A DNA stretch of 64,000 nucleotides from the NCBI GenBank assembly GCA_951406725.2, contig OX597819.1:116684001-116748000 (forward strand). The letters run 5' to 3'. The stretch is from Octopus vulgaris (lineage: Eukaryota). Made by a program: the position numbers and the translations under genes. A model generated the notes under the pieces. The model saw only the letters and a program-made list of their open reading frames with translations, made no database searches and was not told the DNA's origin. Below are positions 1 through 13,808 of the stretch, piece after piece. The stretch's first letter is position 1. Every line of letters begins with the position of its first letter.

Positions 1-95
1 TCTCTTTAACGATTTTACACGGTATTAAGATATCAGTGAAATATACATGTATGGATGAATGTATTTATACGCATTCACACACATATGTATGCGCA

Positions 96-312
96 TACTC
101 TTTTACTCTTTTATGTGTTTCAGTCATTTGACTGTGGCCATGCTGGAGCACCGCCTTTAGGCGAGCAAATCGACCCCATGTCTTATTCTTTGTAAGCCTT
201 ATTCTATCGGTATCTTTTGCCGAACCGCCAGGTTACGGGGACGTAAACACACCAGCATCGGTTGTCAAGCGATGTTGGGTGGACAAACACAGACACACAA
301 ACATATACACAC

Positions 313-367
<55 letters not shown>

Positions 368-531
368 TACGACGGGCTTCTTTCAGTTTCCGTCTATCAA
401 ATCCACTCAGGGCTTTGGTCGGCCAGAGGCTATAGCAGAAGATACTTGAGCAAGGTGCCACGCAGTGGGACTGAACCCGGTACCATGTGGTTGGTAAGCA
501 AGCTACTTACCACACAGTCACTCCTACGCCT
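96..531 (-). mobile_element. tRNA-derived SINE, family A (internal microsatellite)
   Basis: Minus strand: tRNA-like head with A/B-box-like motifs (GACTGTGTGGTAAG ... GGGTTCAGTCCC), internal (TA)/(TG) tract, tail GGCGGTGCTCCAGCATGGCC..TGACTGAAAC + AAAAGAGT repeats; homologous copies recur through the window. Confidence 0.9.
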
Positions 532-611
532 ATATATTAGAACACATGTGCATACACACGCATACACATATATATGTATATAATGTATCTAACTATCTAT
601 CTATCTATCTA

Positions 612-718
<107 letters not shown>

Positions 719-761
719 TTATTCATGTGTATGCACATATATATGAATATATATGTAAATA

Positions 762-796
<35 letters not shown>

Positions 797-803
<7 letters not shown>

Positions 804-1032
804 GGTTGTATACTGTCAATCTAACAAGAACGTGACAGTAGGGGGTACACCACCGTTATATAGCCCTAGGAGGCATCGAACGCCTCCTGACAGCTTCCAC
901 ACATTTTATCCTGTGTCCTTATATACACATATAAGCTGTCAGGAGGCGTTCGATGCCTCCTAGGGCTATATAACGGTGGTGTACCCCCTACTGTCACGTT
1001 CTTGTTAGATTGACAGTATACAACCATTATAT
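797..1032. repeat. Perfect 100-bp inverted repeat (36-bp spacer) embedded in (TA)n
   Basis: 797-896 is the reverse complement of 933-1032; each arm holds a small hairpin AGGAGGC-n7-GCCTCCT; (TA)n on the left and, after about 50 bp of unique tail, on the right. Confidence 0.95.
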
Positions 1033-1082
1033 CGCTCCACCACCGTACACCTTTCTACGAGAGATTTAGAAACTCAGTATTT

Positions 1083-1132
<50 letters not shown>

Positions 1133-1249
1133 AGTATATATATTTATGTATGGATGAATGTTTGTATGAATGTTCGCTTCGGTTTTTTTAATTAAGAATA
1201 CTGACCTTCTTCGTTATACTGCAGTGAATGAATGCGTCTTGCTGTGTTA

Positions 1250-1640
1250 ATCATTTTAAATTATTAAGATGGTTTTGTAGATGTTTACATCGGCGAACAC
1301 TTGTAGCGTCTGAATTAAGGTGTTGCGGTTCAGCCCTATTTTGTTCCACACGGGTCGGAGCATATCCTTTTTCTCCAATAATAATATATATGAACCTGAT
1401 AGTGTATCTTTGGTACGTGTCTTGCAAACTCTTCTCTATGGTGCATAGATGTCCTCTTTGTCATGTATTTTTCTAACAATATTGGGGTTCAAAATTGAGG
1501 TGATTTCCACAACGGAGAGTATTTTTTCCTTGTGATTCCACACAGTTATGTGGTCAGTTGTATTTCAACTTAGTGACTTAATGAAAGCTTTAATTTTTAA
1601 GTTCCACGAATATTTTTTTGAACCATTGGTCTCAATATAG
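1250..1640 (-). mobile_element. Decayed 3' fragment of an RLE-type (R4/Dong-like) LINE
   Basis: Broken minus-strand translation gives ITVWNHKEKILSVVEI, YQRYTIRFIYIIIGEKGY and LIQTLQ pieces matching the fragments at 30.7, 31.3 and 62 kb. Confidence 0.6.
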
Positions 1641-2486
1641 TCAAGTTCATGTTTTGCTTATTTTTTTTCTTAACCTCTTCCACGCTGTTTCAGTATGAAT
1701 GACGTTATTATCTGCAAGTCAGACCAAGAGGACACACTCAGTCTGAATCTTGATTGTTCGATCAGCGGTGTTCGATAAACTCAGTTGTTAATAAAGCTGA
1801 AATCACAGAAGTGCTCCCACAAAATAAAATTGAAAATGAAAATTACATCGGTATATGCGACGGCAATTTTAAAATCTGTCATCTTTGTGACAAATTGTTA
1901 AAAATAAATCCACTAAGTTGACTGGCCATATATAAGGGCTGAAAACCAAATGAACACCATAATCAATAAATTGGAGAATACTGACGAATTGTGGAGCAGT
2001 TTACGCCATTTATAAACGAATCAAAATGATGCTAGTAATGTGTACGGAAAAGATGGCACATCCTTTGTAAATTAAATTGAAGAATTCTACTACGTTAACC
2101 AATAAAACATCTGGAAATTTTAGCAAATGGAAGCACATTCACAAATGTTTTTTGTCGAACTGGAGAGCACCACCCTCCCTTATAATTAATCTAGATTAAA
2201 TATGATTTCTGCAGCTAGTTTGAGTATGATTTCTATAGAGAAAGTGGATAGAAATCTTGTTTTTAGTATTATTCTCGTTCTTCTGGTCCTACTTTTCGCA
2301 TGAACTTCCTCGCTTATTTCCTCATTTTTCTCATATTTTCTCGTAGACGAGCATCGTGTTTTTTCAAATAGGACCAACGGTATACATTGAGCTATACATA
2401 AATTTTCCAAATTATCATGTCTGTCCTGCATGAAAGTAATAGTAGCAGGATGGAGTACTTTTGTTGATCTTATTCATCACGGTACA

Positions 2487-2525
<39 letters not shown>

Positions 2526-2528
<3 letters not shown>

Positions 2529-2708
2529 CCAGTGGTTAGAGCAGCGGATTCGTGGTCGGAGGATCGCTGTTTGAATTCCCACGCCGGGCGTTGTGTGTGT
2601 TTATTGAGCGAAAACACCTAAAAATTCCACGAGGCTTTCGCCACAACTTTCTTTAAACGGCGGTGCCTCAGCATGGCCGCAGCTCTGAGCTGAAACTAGA
2701 AAAAAAAT
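2526..2708 (+). mobile_element. Short tRNA-derived SINE with GCAGCTCTGAGCTGAAACTAG-A-rich tail
   Basis: Head GGCCCAGTGGTTAGAGCA..TTTGAATTCC; tail nearly identical to the one at 20426-20478 on the minus strand. Confidence 0.75.
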
Positions 2709-3584
2709 ATGTATGCATATATATATCCAATGTCTTTAAGAGTTTATATATGAGGTGTCGATAGCAGAGCTCTTCACAAATGTGGAATGGAAACCAATAA
2801 ACAATAATAAAGGAGACAGAGAATAAGTGTGACAATATTTTCATTAATAATGCACGCCTCCAAAAAGACATTTGTATATAGAAATGATGGAGAATCAACA
2901 ATGGTATCATCTCAATTGATCTGTCTATGGGGTTTAAATAAATAAGACCATTCCTGCAGGATTGGAAGATTTCGTTTTATATGACGTAATCCTACGGTAG
3001 AGGTAGACTAACGGTGGTTTAGTAAGAAATGCGGCTGGTCACTGGAATTGGAGGACATCATTGTTCGGAGACCTTCGTGGCATATTTCGTTATTCCTTAT
3101 TTCGAGGAAGACTATCAACATCTTTAACATTTGAGAATGTTAAATCGAAAGGTAGAACGATAAATAGAGTACCACGTGGTATTTTGTTGTATGAGGAAGA
3201 GGCTATTGAATATATTGGGCCATGCTCAGGATTGAAAACTGGTTCGAATAATAAGGGAAAGATCTTTGCTAAAACATCAGGGGCTAGGTGGAGATTTTAA
3301 GATATTTTAGGTTTATCCAGTAAGAAGTGTTGTTCAGCAGGATTTCAGTTACTTTTTCTTTATCCAGTTTCCTTCAGAACTTGTGTCAATTCGAACCAAT
3401 GGTAGGAGATATCTATTCTGAATACTTGACTGTAAACACAGACACATGTGACTGTGAAAATATCCAAACAACACATTTCCCTGACAGGGAAATTATCATT
3501 AAAATTTAAGTACTTTGAAGAGAGTTCCTCTATTGAATACGGTAGGAATTATGTTGTTTTCGTTTGTTTTAAGGGAATTTATGC

Positions 3585-3649
<65 letters not shown>

Positions 3650-6369
3650 GGTTTGAAATGGGACAAGAAAAAGATAACTTATTTAATGTTATTTCACCTG
3701 AGATAATCCTTTTAAATCCAGTGGCAGAGAAAAAAGTCATATAATTAAATGTAGTTCGAAGAGTTCAGAAAGCAATAGAAATAGATTATTAACTTAGAGG
3801 TGAACAGCAGACAAAGATATTTGGAGTAATAAGAGAATAAGAAACTAATTACTATAAGGAATTAGACATAATGAAATGCAGGAATTCTGGAATGGGAGAT
3901 TAAACATTTATTAAATGTTTATACATATTTGTTGTATTTTTTGAAACTACGATCAGAGGCTTTTATGATCTCAAAATTCTGCATATGTTATAGAATTGCG
4001 TGGGGTGGGGCAGGAGAGTTCGTTATTGGATGGTAGAAAATAATGCACTAGCTGATTCGGCTGCCCCCGATATGCTCCAAGCAAAGAGAAATCTCTTTTT
4101 CTCTCTGGCAGGATGCCTGTTGAGGGAGTTGGCTTCTAAGCTGACTTTAAGAGGACTCCTGGTATTGTTTAAAAGAAAACATGTTTACTCACTAAACTGG
4201 GAGGTTTACTTTCAAAGGATTTCAGCGAGTTAGAACCATTTAACCCAATGGCAATAAAAGGACGTTCAACCAAATACTTTCACGAGTGATCCTAAAGAAA
4301 AAAACAATACTGATGATGAAGTATCTGTTACAATGATTCCAACATTACAGAGGTCGTTGGAGATTTCCCATAACTCACTCTGTCGATTTTGATTTTACGA
4401 ATGACCATTAATTCTTGACAGATTTCGCTCCCGGCGGTGGAAAAGACTCTGTATAGCAGTAAACTACCGATTTTCAAAGTTATTTGTAGAATAGTTAGAA
4501 GAAGAAAAATTAAAACTAAAAGAATAAAGTCAATTCAGAATATAAAAAGAACAAAATTATAAGTGAAATGCAAAAGAAAAAACCTGAGGGAAAATTATTT
4601 GAATGATATTCAGTGAATAATGGCGAACAGAAGATGACAAAAGGAAATATGTGTGATTGGAAGAAAGTAAAATGCACAGAAACGAGCTAGAGAGTAAGAC
4701 ACAAGGGAGAGAAGAAGGAAGGTAAAAGAGTATGAAATAAAGATCTGTTTCCAAAAGAAGCTGAATATACAACAAGGGATTAGATTCGGAGTGTTGGCAG
4801 AGTTTCCTCAAACCAAGGGTTGATTCATTTTAGTCTAATGAGTTATAATTAGATACTTCCCAGTGTTAGAGCTGTTTATAATAGCTATTCCTGTACAACT
4901 TGCAGCATTTTATTGAGATAACTCTAAGATCTATATCCCTCAGGACTTTGCGAGCTTAGCAGTCCTCTTTTGTGGATTGAATTTAATTATACACTTATAT
5001 AAGTAAAAATCTCAATTAAATTTTCTATTTGCTATGGCTTCAATTTCAAGTTGTCAATGAAGTTAATTTGATTAGGCTATGATTAATGAAACATTGAAAG
5101 ATAAAACAGCAGTAATTGCTTGATGGCATGAAATAAATCAAATATTGATAATTAAAATGTGGATATGTTTGTGAAAATGTAGACACAAATGTTTATGTGA
5201 GCTTGCTTGGTTTATTTGTTCGTACCTGCATCATTTATTCCTAAATATATTCGCAATATTTGTAGCTCCTATATATTGAGATGGATACAGTGTCCTGTCA
5301 CGTTTTTTATATGACCACTTCGGTGGCGATTTTGTCAATTCCCACGGTAAAATATGCACTAAGTATTTTTGGTTTTTCATTTCTTTTCACATGGTTAGCA
5401 CATGGTTAAATTTTGTGTCGATTTACCTCTTTTGAAATGCATGTAAAAGATCCCTATACAAGACTGGTTATTACCTTCTCAGATCATTGCAACATCATTT
5501 AGAGGGACAATATTGCATCAATTTTGAATTTGTTAAAAATGATATTGAATGTTTCTTCGATCCGAAAGTTGATGAACTTTTACACACGAGGATTTAATGA
5601 TTTGCCGAATAACGGGGATTATGTTATCAGTAATAACAAGAAACTATCTTGACTGATTATATGAATAAAGACTAAAGAGACCTGAGTTTCCTTCCTTCAG
5701 AAAGTACAGGACGTTCCACCCAAATAATGTGTAGATACAGGAGTAAAATCAAATAGCGCCTAACAATATAATGTATCACCGAGACCTGAACATATCTACG
5801 GGTTTAGCATTTGGTAAATATTCTATACTATATTTGCGTGGTGCAATTGAGATCATTCTTTCACGTGAAATCAGCTCAAAGATATAAATCATAGAAACTA
5901 CAGTTTAGCTACTGCTAAATCATTGTACACACATAGTGATACAAAATCACTCGTAGATAAGAGAGATTGTTCTGCTTAGATCTTTTCTCATTTAACCAGT
6001 CTCTACCTTCTGGAAAATAGCAAAGCCTCCTTATGTATAACATTCGCAATCAGCACATCCTGAATTAATTTTTGTTATCTTAGTAAGAAAGATGGCATTA
6101 ACAACAGCAACAACGACTACCACGATGGCAGAATCGTGGGCGAATACAGAAACGCAGAGAGTTACAGGAACTGCACCAAATGTTCGTGTCCTAGGACTGT
6201 AGCAAAGATAACGGTGGAGGAGGATGGGGCTAAGGTGAATATCATACTACTACTAAGAACAATGCACATACAAAAGCATATACACACACAAGAATACACA
6301 CACAAACATAAACGCACACATCCACACACAAAAGAATACACACTCATACGCACCTAAGGATACACAACA

Positions 6370-6572
6370 TATAAGAGCAGATGAAATAAGTGGAGCAAGA
6401 GAACAAGCGACAACGAAAATTGTCGCTGAAGAGGTCACAGGGGTGTGACGACAATTTTCGGGACAATGGACATGAGTTAGAAAAAGATCAGTAATAAACG
6501 AGTGAAGAACAAATAATTAGCTCGTGTTATTTTGGCAAAAAACAAGTTGGCCATCCCGAGGTACAACAATAC
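6370..6572 (+). mobile_element. PLE pseudo-LTR-like remnant with degenerate hammerhead motif
   Basis: CTGAAGA-G-GTCACA-gggg-TGTGAC-GACA at 6426-6453, then AATAAA and a GTGTT..TTGG..CCATCCCGA..ACAACAATA end resembling the 59.2-59.5 kb element. Confidence 0.55.
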
Positions 6573-6771
6573 CATATATTCATTACCTGGTATACATTAT
6601 TTAATTCGTAGAGTTTGCCTAATTCATATAACTATAAACTAATAGCACCTTCTACTGTGCGTATGTGTGCATCTATGAATATTTTTATGTTATTTAATCA
6701 GTAGAAATTAAACAGCGACTGAAGTATCGAAATTCTTGTGCATTGACAACTACTAAGCTTCTGTAAGTTAT

Positions 6772-7175
6772 AGGCGTAGTAGTGTCTGCATGGTAAGTAG
6801 CTTGCTTACGAACCGCATGGTTCCGAGTTCAGTCCCACTGCGTGGCACCATGGGCAGGTGTCTTCTACTATAGCCTCGGGCCGACCAATGCTTTGTGAGT
6901 GGATTTGGTAGACGGAAACTGAAAGAAACCCGTCGAATATATGTATACATATATGTATGTGTGTGTATATATTTGTGTGTCTGTGTTTGTCCGTCCAACA
7001 TCGCTTGACAACCGATGCTGGTGTGTTTACGTCTGTGTAACATAGCGGTTCGGCAAAAAGGCTGATAGAATAAGTACTAGCCTTACAAAGAATAAGTTCT
7101 GGAGTCGATATGCTCGACTAAAGGCGGTGCTCCAGCATGGCCACAGTTAAATGACTGAAACAAGTAAAGGAGTAA
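6772..7175 (+). mobile_element. SINE family A, full length
   Basis: Same head, internal microsatellite and tail as 96-531. Confidence 0.9.
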
Positions 7176-7437
7176 GTTCAAGGGTGATGAAAATATATTT
7201 CTAGAAATAATTGACATAAAAACGCAGGATTTCCAGCAAACCTGATTTCAAATAACATAAAATCATGGCAAGAGTGTCTGTTCTGTAACATATCATTATG
7301 TGTAAAGCGAAGAAATATACTGTATGTATAGCACCATCTTCAAACTTTCCTTATTTAACCAGGTGAGCGACTCCAATTTCAGTATTTTATCACTGATTAG
7401 AAAGAGGCATTTAAAACCCATACACCCTACTATATTA

Positions 7438-8310
7438 CCGTAAATTTTCGAGTATAATCCGCATTTTCCCCCAGAATGTAAAGGTCAAGATCCCTAGTGC
7501 GTACGGCAATTTTTATTCGGACGCATTTTGTGATGTCGGGTGCGAAAATACCTTAAGCTAAGCCTGAAAGCATTGAAGTCATAAAAGAATCAGCCATAAC
7601 TTGCAGTAAGAGACATTTATTAAAATAAAAGTATTCAGAACACAGAATAACATGTAACAAGAACAATTTGCAAACATATTTACATTCCCATATAACAGTT
7701 AAGAACATCACCATCATTGCGCGGAAGTGTTTCTTCGACTAGGTGCTGCTGTCTTAATTACGCACGAATTGTGCTTAATAGTTTAGCGCTAAATAATTCA
7801 TCTTGCTCTTTGTATTGGCAGTTGTCATCATTACCATGGCAAAAAATAGATACTTCATTAAATACTAGTATTAAATGTTTGAACTACAGTGTGTCTTTAC
7901 TATTTTTTTTTTAATAAGCGGGACTTAAACCTGTACATTAATCTCCAATAAAACATTTTATATATTACATGCCCATAAACTGCCTCGTAGATCTTATTTA
8001 GCTATGTTTAAACTTGAAGTAATATCATATGCTGAAGAGCATGGTAATAGGGTCGCCGGAAGAAAATTTGATGTTGATGGAAGCAATGCCAGATTATGGA
8101 GAAGAAATAAAGATGTAATTAAACAAATGCCAAAGATAAAGAAGGCAAGAAGGCAATAATAAAGGACGTTAGTGTATACATTTTTATATAGACTTCTTTG
8201 ACTCAAGTTAGAGAGTATTATACACAAGGTTTAGGATTTTCAGAGGTACAACCCCCTCAAAATCCCCTGCGTATTATACTCAAGGGCGGACTATACTCGA
8301 GGATTTACGG
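7438..8310 (+). mobile_element. Internally deleted pogo/Tigger-type DNA transposon with Brinker-like DNA-binding remnant
   Basis: 25-bp TIRs CCGTAAAT(TT/CC)TCGAGTATA(A/G)TCCGC flanked by TA; about 7985-8155 translates as PRRSYLAMFKLEVISYAEEHGNRVAGRKFDVDGSNARLWRRNK, a POGK-type BrkDBD pattern. Confidence 0.8.
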
Positions 8311-9199
8311 TATTTTATTCTTTGTAGTTGGTTGCTGTTGTGCGAACTCCTCTCACCTAAATCCGACTGAGTCGCTTCTCCTCCAGGCGTTATTCGTATT
8401 ACATTCATATGTTTGACTCAACTTATCCAAGACTATCCTTCATTCTTCGCTAAAATATCAAGTCACTAGTTAATAGTTGCAGGAACAATCTTGTTCCTGC
8501 AGCTATTAACTTGTAAATTTCCTAGACGTTCATTAATCATGTCGAATAGAGAACCCCAATACGAAGGACACAGCTGCTTTCTCTTGGCGAAATCATTAAA
8601 AAATAATAATACGTCTATAAATGTAGAATCAATAACTCCCATCTCTAAACTACTTGTGAATGTCGCTTTACATACAGCAACATAAGTCGCTACGTTTAAC
8701 AACCGGTCTACAGACAGCACTTTCTTCTCAACTGTCTCGGCCACCACAGATGTGTGAGAAGTAATTACTCAGCCCCTCCCACTCCCTAATTATCATCAAC
8801 ATAGAAGGTAATATCATTTTTTACAAATTAAATAAATCTCAGTAGAAACACTTTCTCAAGAAAATACAATTTTGTTAACAAGAGTCAATAACTTACTGGC
8901 ACGCCCATCAATGATATTACATATTGCAATGTATATATACTCAGTAAATATTAAATAATTTTGACAAAAATTAATTAGAATATAATTAAGATTGACGGTT
9001 CCATTTCCGTCAGCATTATTTGTCATGGTTTAATGACAACAACAAAATAAGGGACCACTATTAACGAATATTTAAATTCAACCCCTCAAAAGTACATTAA
9101 CTGCAAATTCATTACCTGAAAGGTATATAAAGCAAGAAACATATTTGATCGTGCAAATACAACTCTATTATCTTTGAGAAATACAGTTCAAAATGTCTA

Positions 9200-9411
9200 T
9201 ACGTAGTGATTTTTTAAAATCTAACGTAATTCAAAATCTCTGTAGAAGACTCAACATATGTACTGAAAATGATGGACAACACTTTCAACACCTCTTCAAA
9301 TTTTTTTAAATCGTGGAAAGTCTAATATATTCTTTTGTAGTCTTATACCATCTTATAAATATTTATTTGGCAATAAAATACTTACTGCGGAGAGACTTTT
9401 TGAACACCCTG
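9200..9411 (+). mobile_element. 3' end of a Tc1/mariner-superfamily element
   Basis: Encodes RRLNICTENDGQHFQHLF (typical transposase C-terminus) and ends TGAACACCCTG|TA. Confidence 0.65.
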
Positions 9412-9540
9412 TATATGAAATAGATTTCAAAATGTTCAGTCTAACAAACTACAAGCCTGCACAAAATGGCCATTGCTACGATGGAATTAATTAAGTCCTT
9501 CCATTTATGTACCCTGATCTCGATGCTAGAAATTAATAAT

Positions 9541-9991
9541 CTTTTCTACTCTAGGCACATGGCTCGAAATTTTGGGGACGGGGGCCAGTCGAGTAGATCG
9601 TTGGGAGAGGAGCCAGTCGATTAAATAGACCCTTGTACGAGACTGGTGCTTAATTTATCAACCACAAAAGGATGAAGGGCAAAGTTGACATGGGCGAAAT
9701 TTGAACTCAGAACGTAAAGACAGACGAAATACTACTAAGCATTTCGCCCGGCGTGCTAACGTTTCTTATTTCTTTACTACCCACAAGGGGCTACACACAG
9801 AGGAGACAAACAAGAACAGACAAACGGATTAAGTCGATTAATTCTACCCCAGCATGTAACAGGTACTTATTTAATCGACCCCGAAAGGATGAAAGGCAAA
9901 ATCAACCTCGGCGGAATTTGAACTCAGAACATAAAGATAGACGAAACACCGCTCAGCATTGCGCCCGGCGTGCTAACGTTTCTGCCAGCTC
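9541..9991 (-). mobile_element. SINE family B heterodimer
   Basis: Two copies of the GAGTTCAAATT head/body, each with a different tail; imperfect 14-bp direct repeats at 9527-9540 and 10002-10015. Confidence 0.85.
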
Positions 9992-10418
9992 AACTTCTTG
10001 TTAGTAATTAATAATATCAGTGCAAGTCCACCCACTGTAACTTTATACAGGTGTATGAATCATCTAGACATCACTTTAGAACTAAGTTATACTTATTGGT
10101 AGTTGTTATTAGCAAAGAGAAATATAAAAAACAACATCCCACTTTGACACAATTTGATTTTACGTTCCATTGAATTACGAAACAGACCTGAAATCTCCAG
10201 TAGCCATACAATATGGCTTCCAGCAGTAGCTTGGACACTATTCACTGCTTTCGTATATAGAATATGCTAATCGCCTTGCAAAACAAGAACAAAAGTAAAT
10301 TGTATCGAACAACCTATATCTCAAGTAACTTCTTTGTTGTATTTTGTATGATATCGCGGATCTGTACTTTCAGGTTTTACACTCAACATTATAACAACAA
10401 GAACTTGTCAGATGGTGC

Positions 10419-10517
<99 letters not shown>

Positions 10518-11137
10518 CATTATATTTATGCATATAAATTCATCATGTGATATTGACGCCCTCACACACAGAATGCAGGTATAGAGTGAAAAATCGTCCA
10601 TCTATTTATTCATCGTCTAAAAATTTGATTTTAAATTAACCAACTTAAAATAGATCCTAACACATTCATACTATTATCCGCAACATTCGGAAGCATTCAG
10701 CTTTCGATCATAGGGCTGAATAAAGTATGAACGTCGTGTTAGAAATGTAATCCTACATATGCAAATATACAGGATATTAACACTAGCATGTCTTTGATCA
10801 TTGGTATGAGAGATTGGAATTAATGTACGGAAAAGGCGAACGCATGATCGCATGACATCCGGGTTATTGATATTAACACCAGAAAACTATTATATACGAC
10901 TAGAAATATTCACTCTGATATTGATATTGACCATGCTTAAATAAAATAGAATATAAAGAAAGAGAAGAATCACAGACAGGAACCTATAAATAGCAGCTAC
11001 TTTTTCCTTCAAATTACATCCTAATATCTTGAAAATGTACGGACATTGTTCACTTCCATATAAATATGCACATGTGCACACATATACGTACGCCAAATTG
11101 AATATTTTATGAATGCAAAGACATCCCGTATTTCATC

Positions 11138-11621
<484 letters not shown>

Positions 11622-12162
11622 ACATACATTGAAGCATAATACTGTATGTTCATATATACATGTGTTTAGATGGTGCCAATCAAAGATTCTTGTTTCCAAG
11701 GTGGAGAACACCTTCTTCATATAATATAAGTATTGTCTCCGCTACAAGAAAGAATGCTTGTTACATTTTGTTGCCTTGTCGACATTGTGTTAATAATGCA
11801 CATTGTGTTAGTTCTATTTTGGTTGAGACTGGATTGAAACTACAAGCCAGAAATACATAGTGTGTTAGATTCTGTGAGGTGTGTATTCTTTTGCCACTAC
11901 AAAAGGTTACACACACACACACACACACGCACACATACACAGACAAGAACGCCCGCCTGTACACGCACGCACACTCTCATATGTGAACATATGATTATGT
12001 GATTGTTTATATATAGGGGTGTGCATATCGGTGTATATGTACTTGAGAGCTTTTCAAGAACATTCATAATGTAATCATGTTGAACCAAACTACATCTCTC
12101 ACTCACTTAATACCATTTCTCTGCTTCTTTCAGTTCTTCCTTATCTTTCTACACGCACTCTT

Positions 12163-12201
<39 letters not shown>

Positions 12202-12373
12202 GTTTCACAGCACATCGCATCTGCCGTGTTTCTTTTACCTCATCCATATTTCTTTTATTCTGTCTGCCTCACCGTTGGCCTCGTCAAATATTTGTACACA
12301 GGCAACACCCACCGGTGCTTGAAATAAATGCCATATCACATCAGAAATTAAGAACGGAGACCGAATGAAAATG

Positions 12374-12537
12374 AGGAGTGGCCGTGTGGTACGTAGCTTG
12401 CGTACCAACTACATGGTTCCGGGTTCAGTCCCACTGCGTGGCACCTTAGGCAAGTGTCTTCTACTACAACCTCGGGCCGACCAAAGGCTTGTGAGTGGAT
12501 TTGGTAGAAGGAAACTGAAAGAAGCCCATCGTATATT

Positions 12538-12599
<62 letters not shown>

Positions 12600-13726
12600 C
12601 AAAAAAGGGTAATAACATAGATTACTACCAGTGGCCCAGCACAAAAGACGAATTAGTCATTTGACAAAATATTATTCATATAGAAATATAATTAAGGGCT
12701 CTCAAATAAGGATGCCAAGTGCTAGGGACACAAAAAAAAGGGATAAATTCATCGAGAGTAAAAATCAAAAACATTTACCATTAACGATATATCCCGGACT
12801 GATCAGTTTCTACCTCTTTCTAGCAAAACAGACAGAATATATATATATATATATCACAATCAAGGAACGGCCATAATAGGCCATTCACCCACTAGAAATA
12901 ACAGCCAAAGCTTCAACCGCAAAATAACATTAATTCCGAAAACCAGGAGAAAATTAAAAAAAAAAAACATTTACCCTGTAATTTCTTATACGATGCACCG
13001 TTTCATCTATTGTTTAATGGTAAACTAACCTGATTAAATTAAATCAAGCCAATCTTCCATAGGCCCTTAGATTCGTCAGTAAGAAATAGCCAGATCGGAA
13101 CAGATATTTTCACGAGGCACTTCCGTCCCTGCCTCGGCAATATCTGACCTAAAATTTTCAAATCATCGCACTCGCGCCAAATTTATCGGCAGCAAATAAA
13201 TATAAGCCGCCGATTCCATTACGGAATCAACCAGAAAATTCATAATTAATCAATATAGGGTGGCAAAAAAATTTTGTAGAATGTTTTTGCAACCAGCGGC
13301 CTAGTGGGAAAAAATTAAATAGTCATAGACCATTTATAAGTTCAACATCACAATCAAGGAACGGCCATAATAGGCCATTCGCCCACTAGAAATAACAGCC
13401 AAAGCTTCAACCGCAAAATAACATTAATTCCGAAAACCAGGAGAAAATTAAAAAACATTTACCCTGTAATTTCTTATACGATGCACCGTTTCATCTATTG
13501 TTTAATGGTAAACTAACCTGATTAAATTAAATCAAGCCAATCTTCCATAGGCCCTTAGATTCGTCAGTAAGAAATAGCCAGATCGGAACAGATATTTTCA
13601 CGAGGCACTTCCGTCCCTGCCTCGGCAATATCTGACCTAAAATTTTCAAATCATCGCACTATTTAATTTTTTCCCACTAGGCCGCTGGTGGCAAAAAAAT
13701 TCTACAAAATTTTTCCACCTATATTG

Positions 13727-13808
<82 letters not shown>

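Noticed and set aside
2760-4900. Decayed coding-like region (possible DIRS or other TE)
   Set aside because: No diagnostic motif recoverable by eye; needs TBLASTX
8340-8760. 93-aa minus-strand ORF
   Set aside because: No recognisable domain or splice context
13048-13147. Possible hammerhead, HDV-like or SECIS fold in the tandem unit
   Set aside because: CTGACGA on the minus strand is not followed by GAAA after the stem; HDV P1/P3 order and SECIS spacing are not met; only plain hairpins are supported
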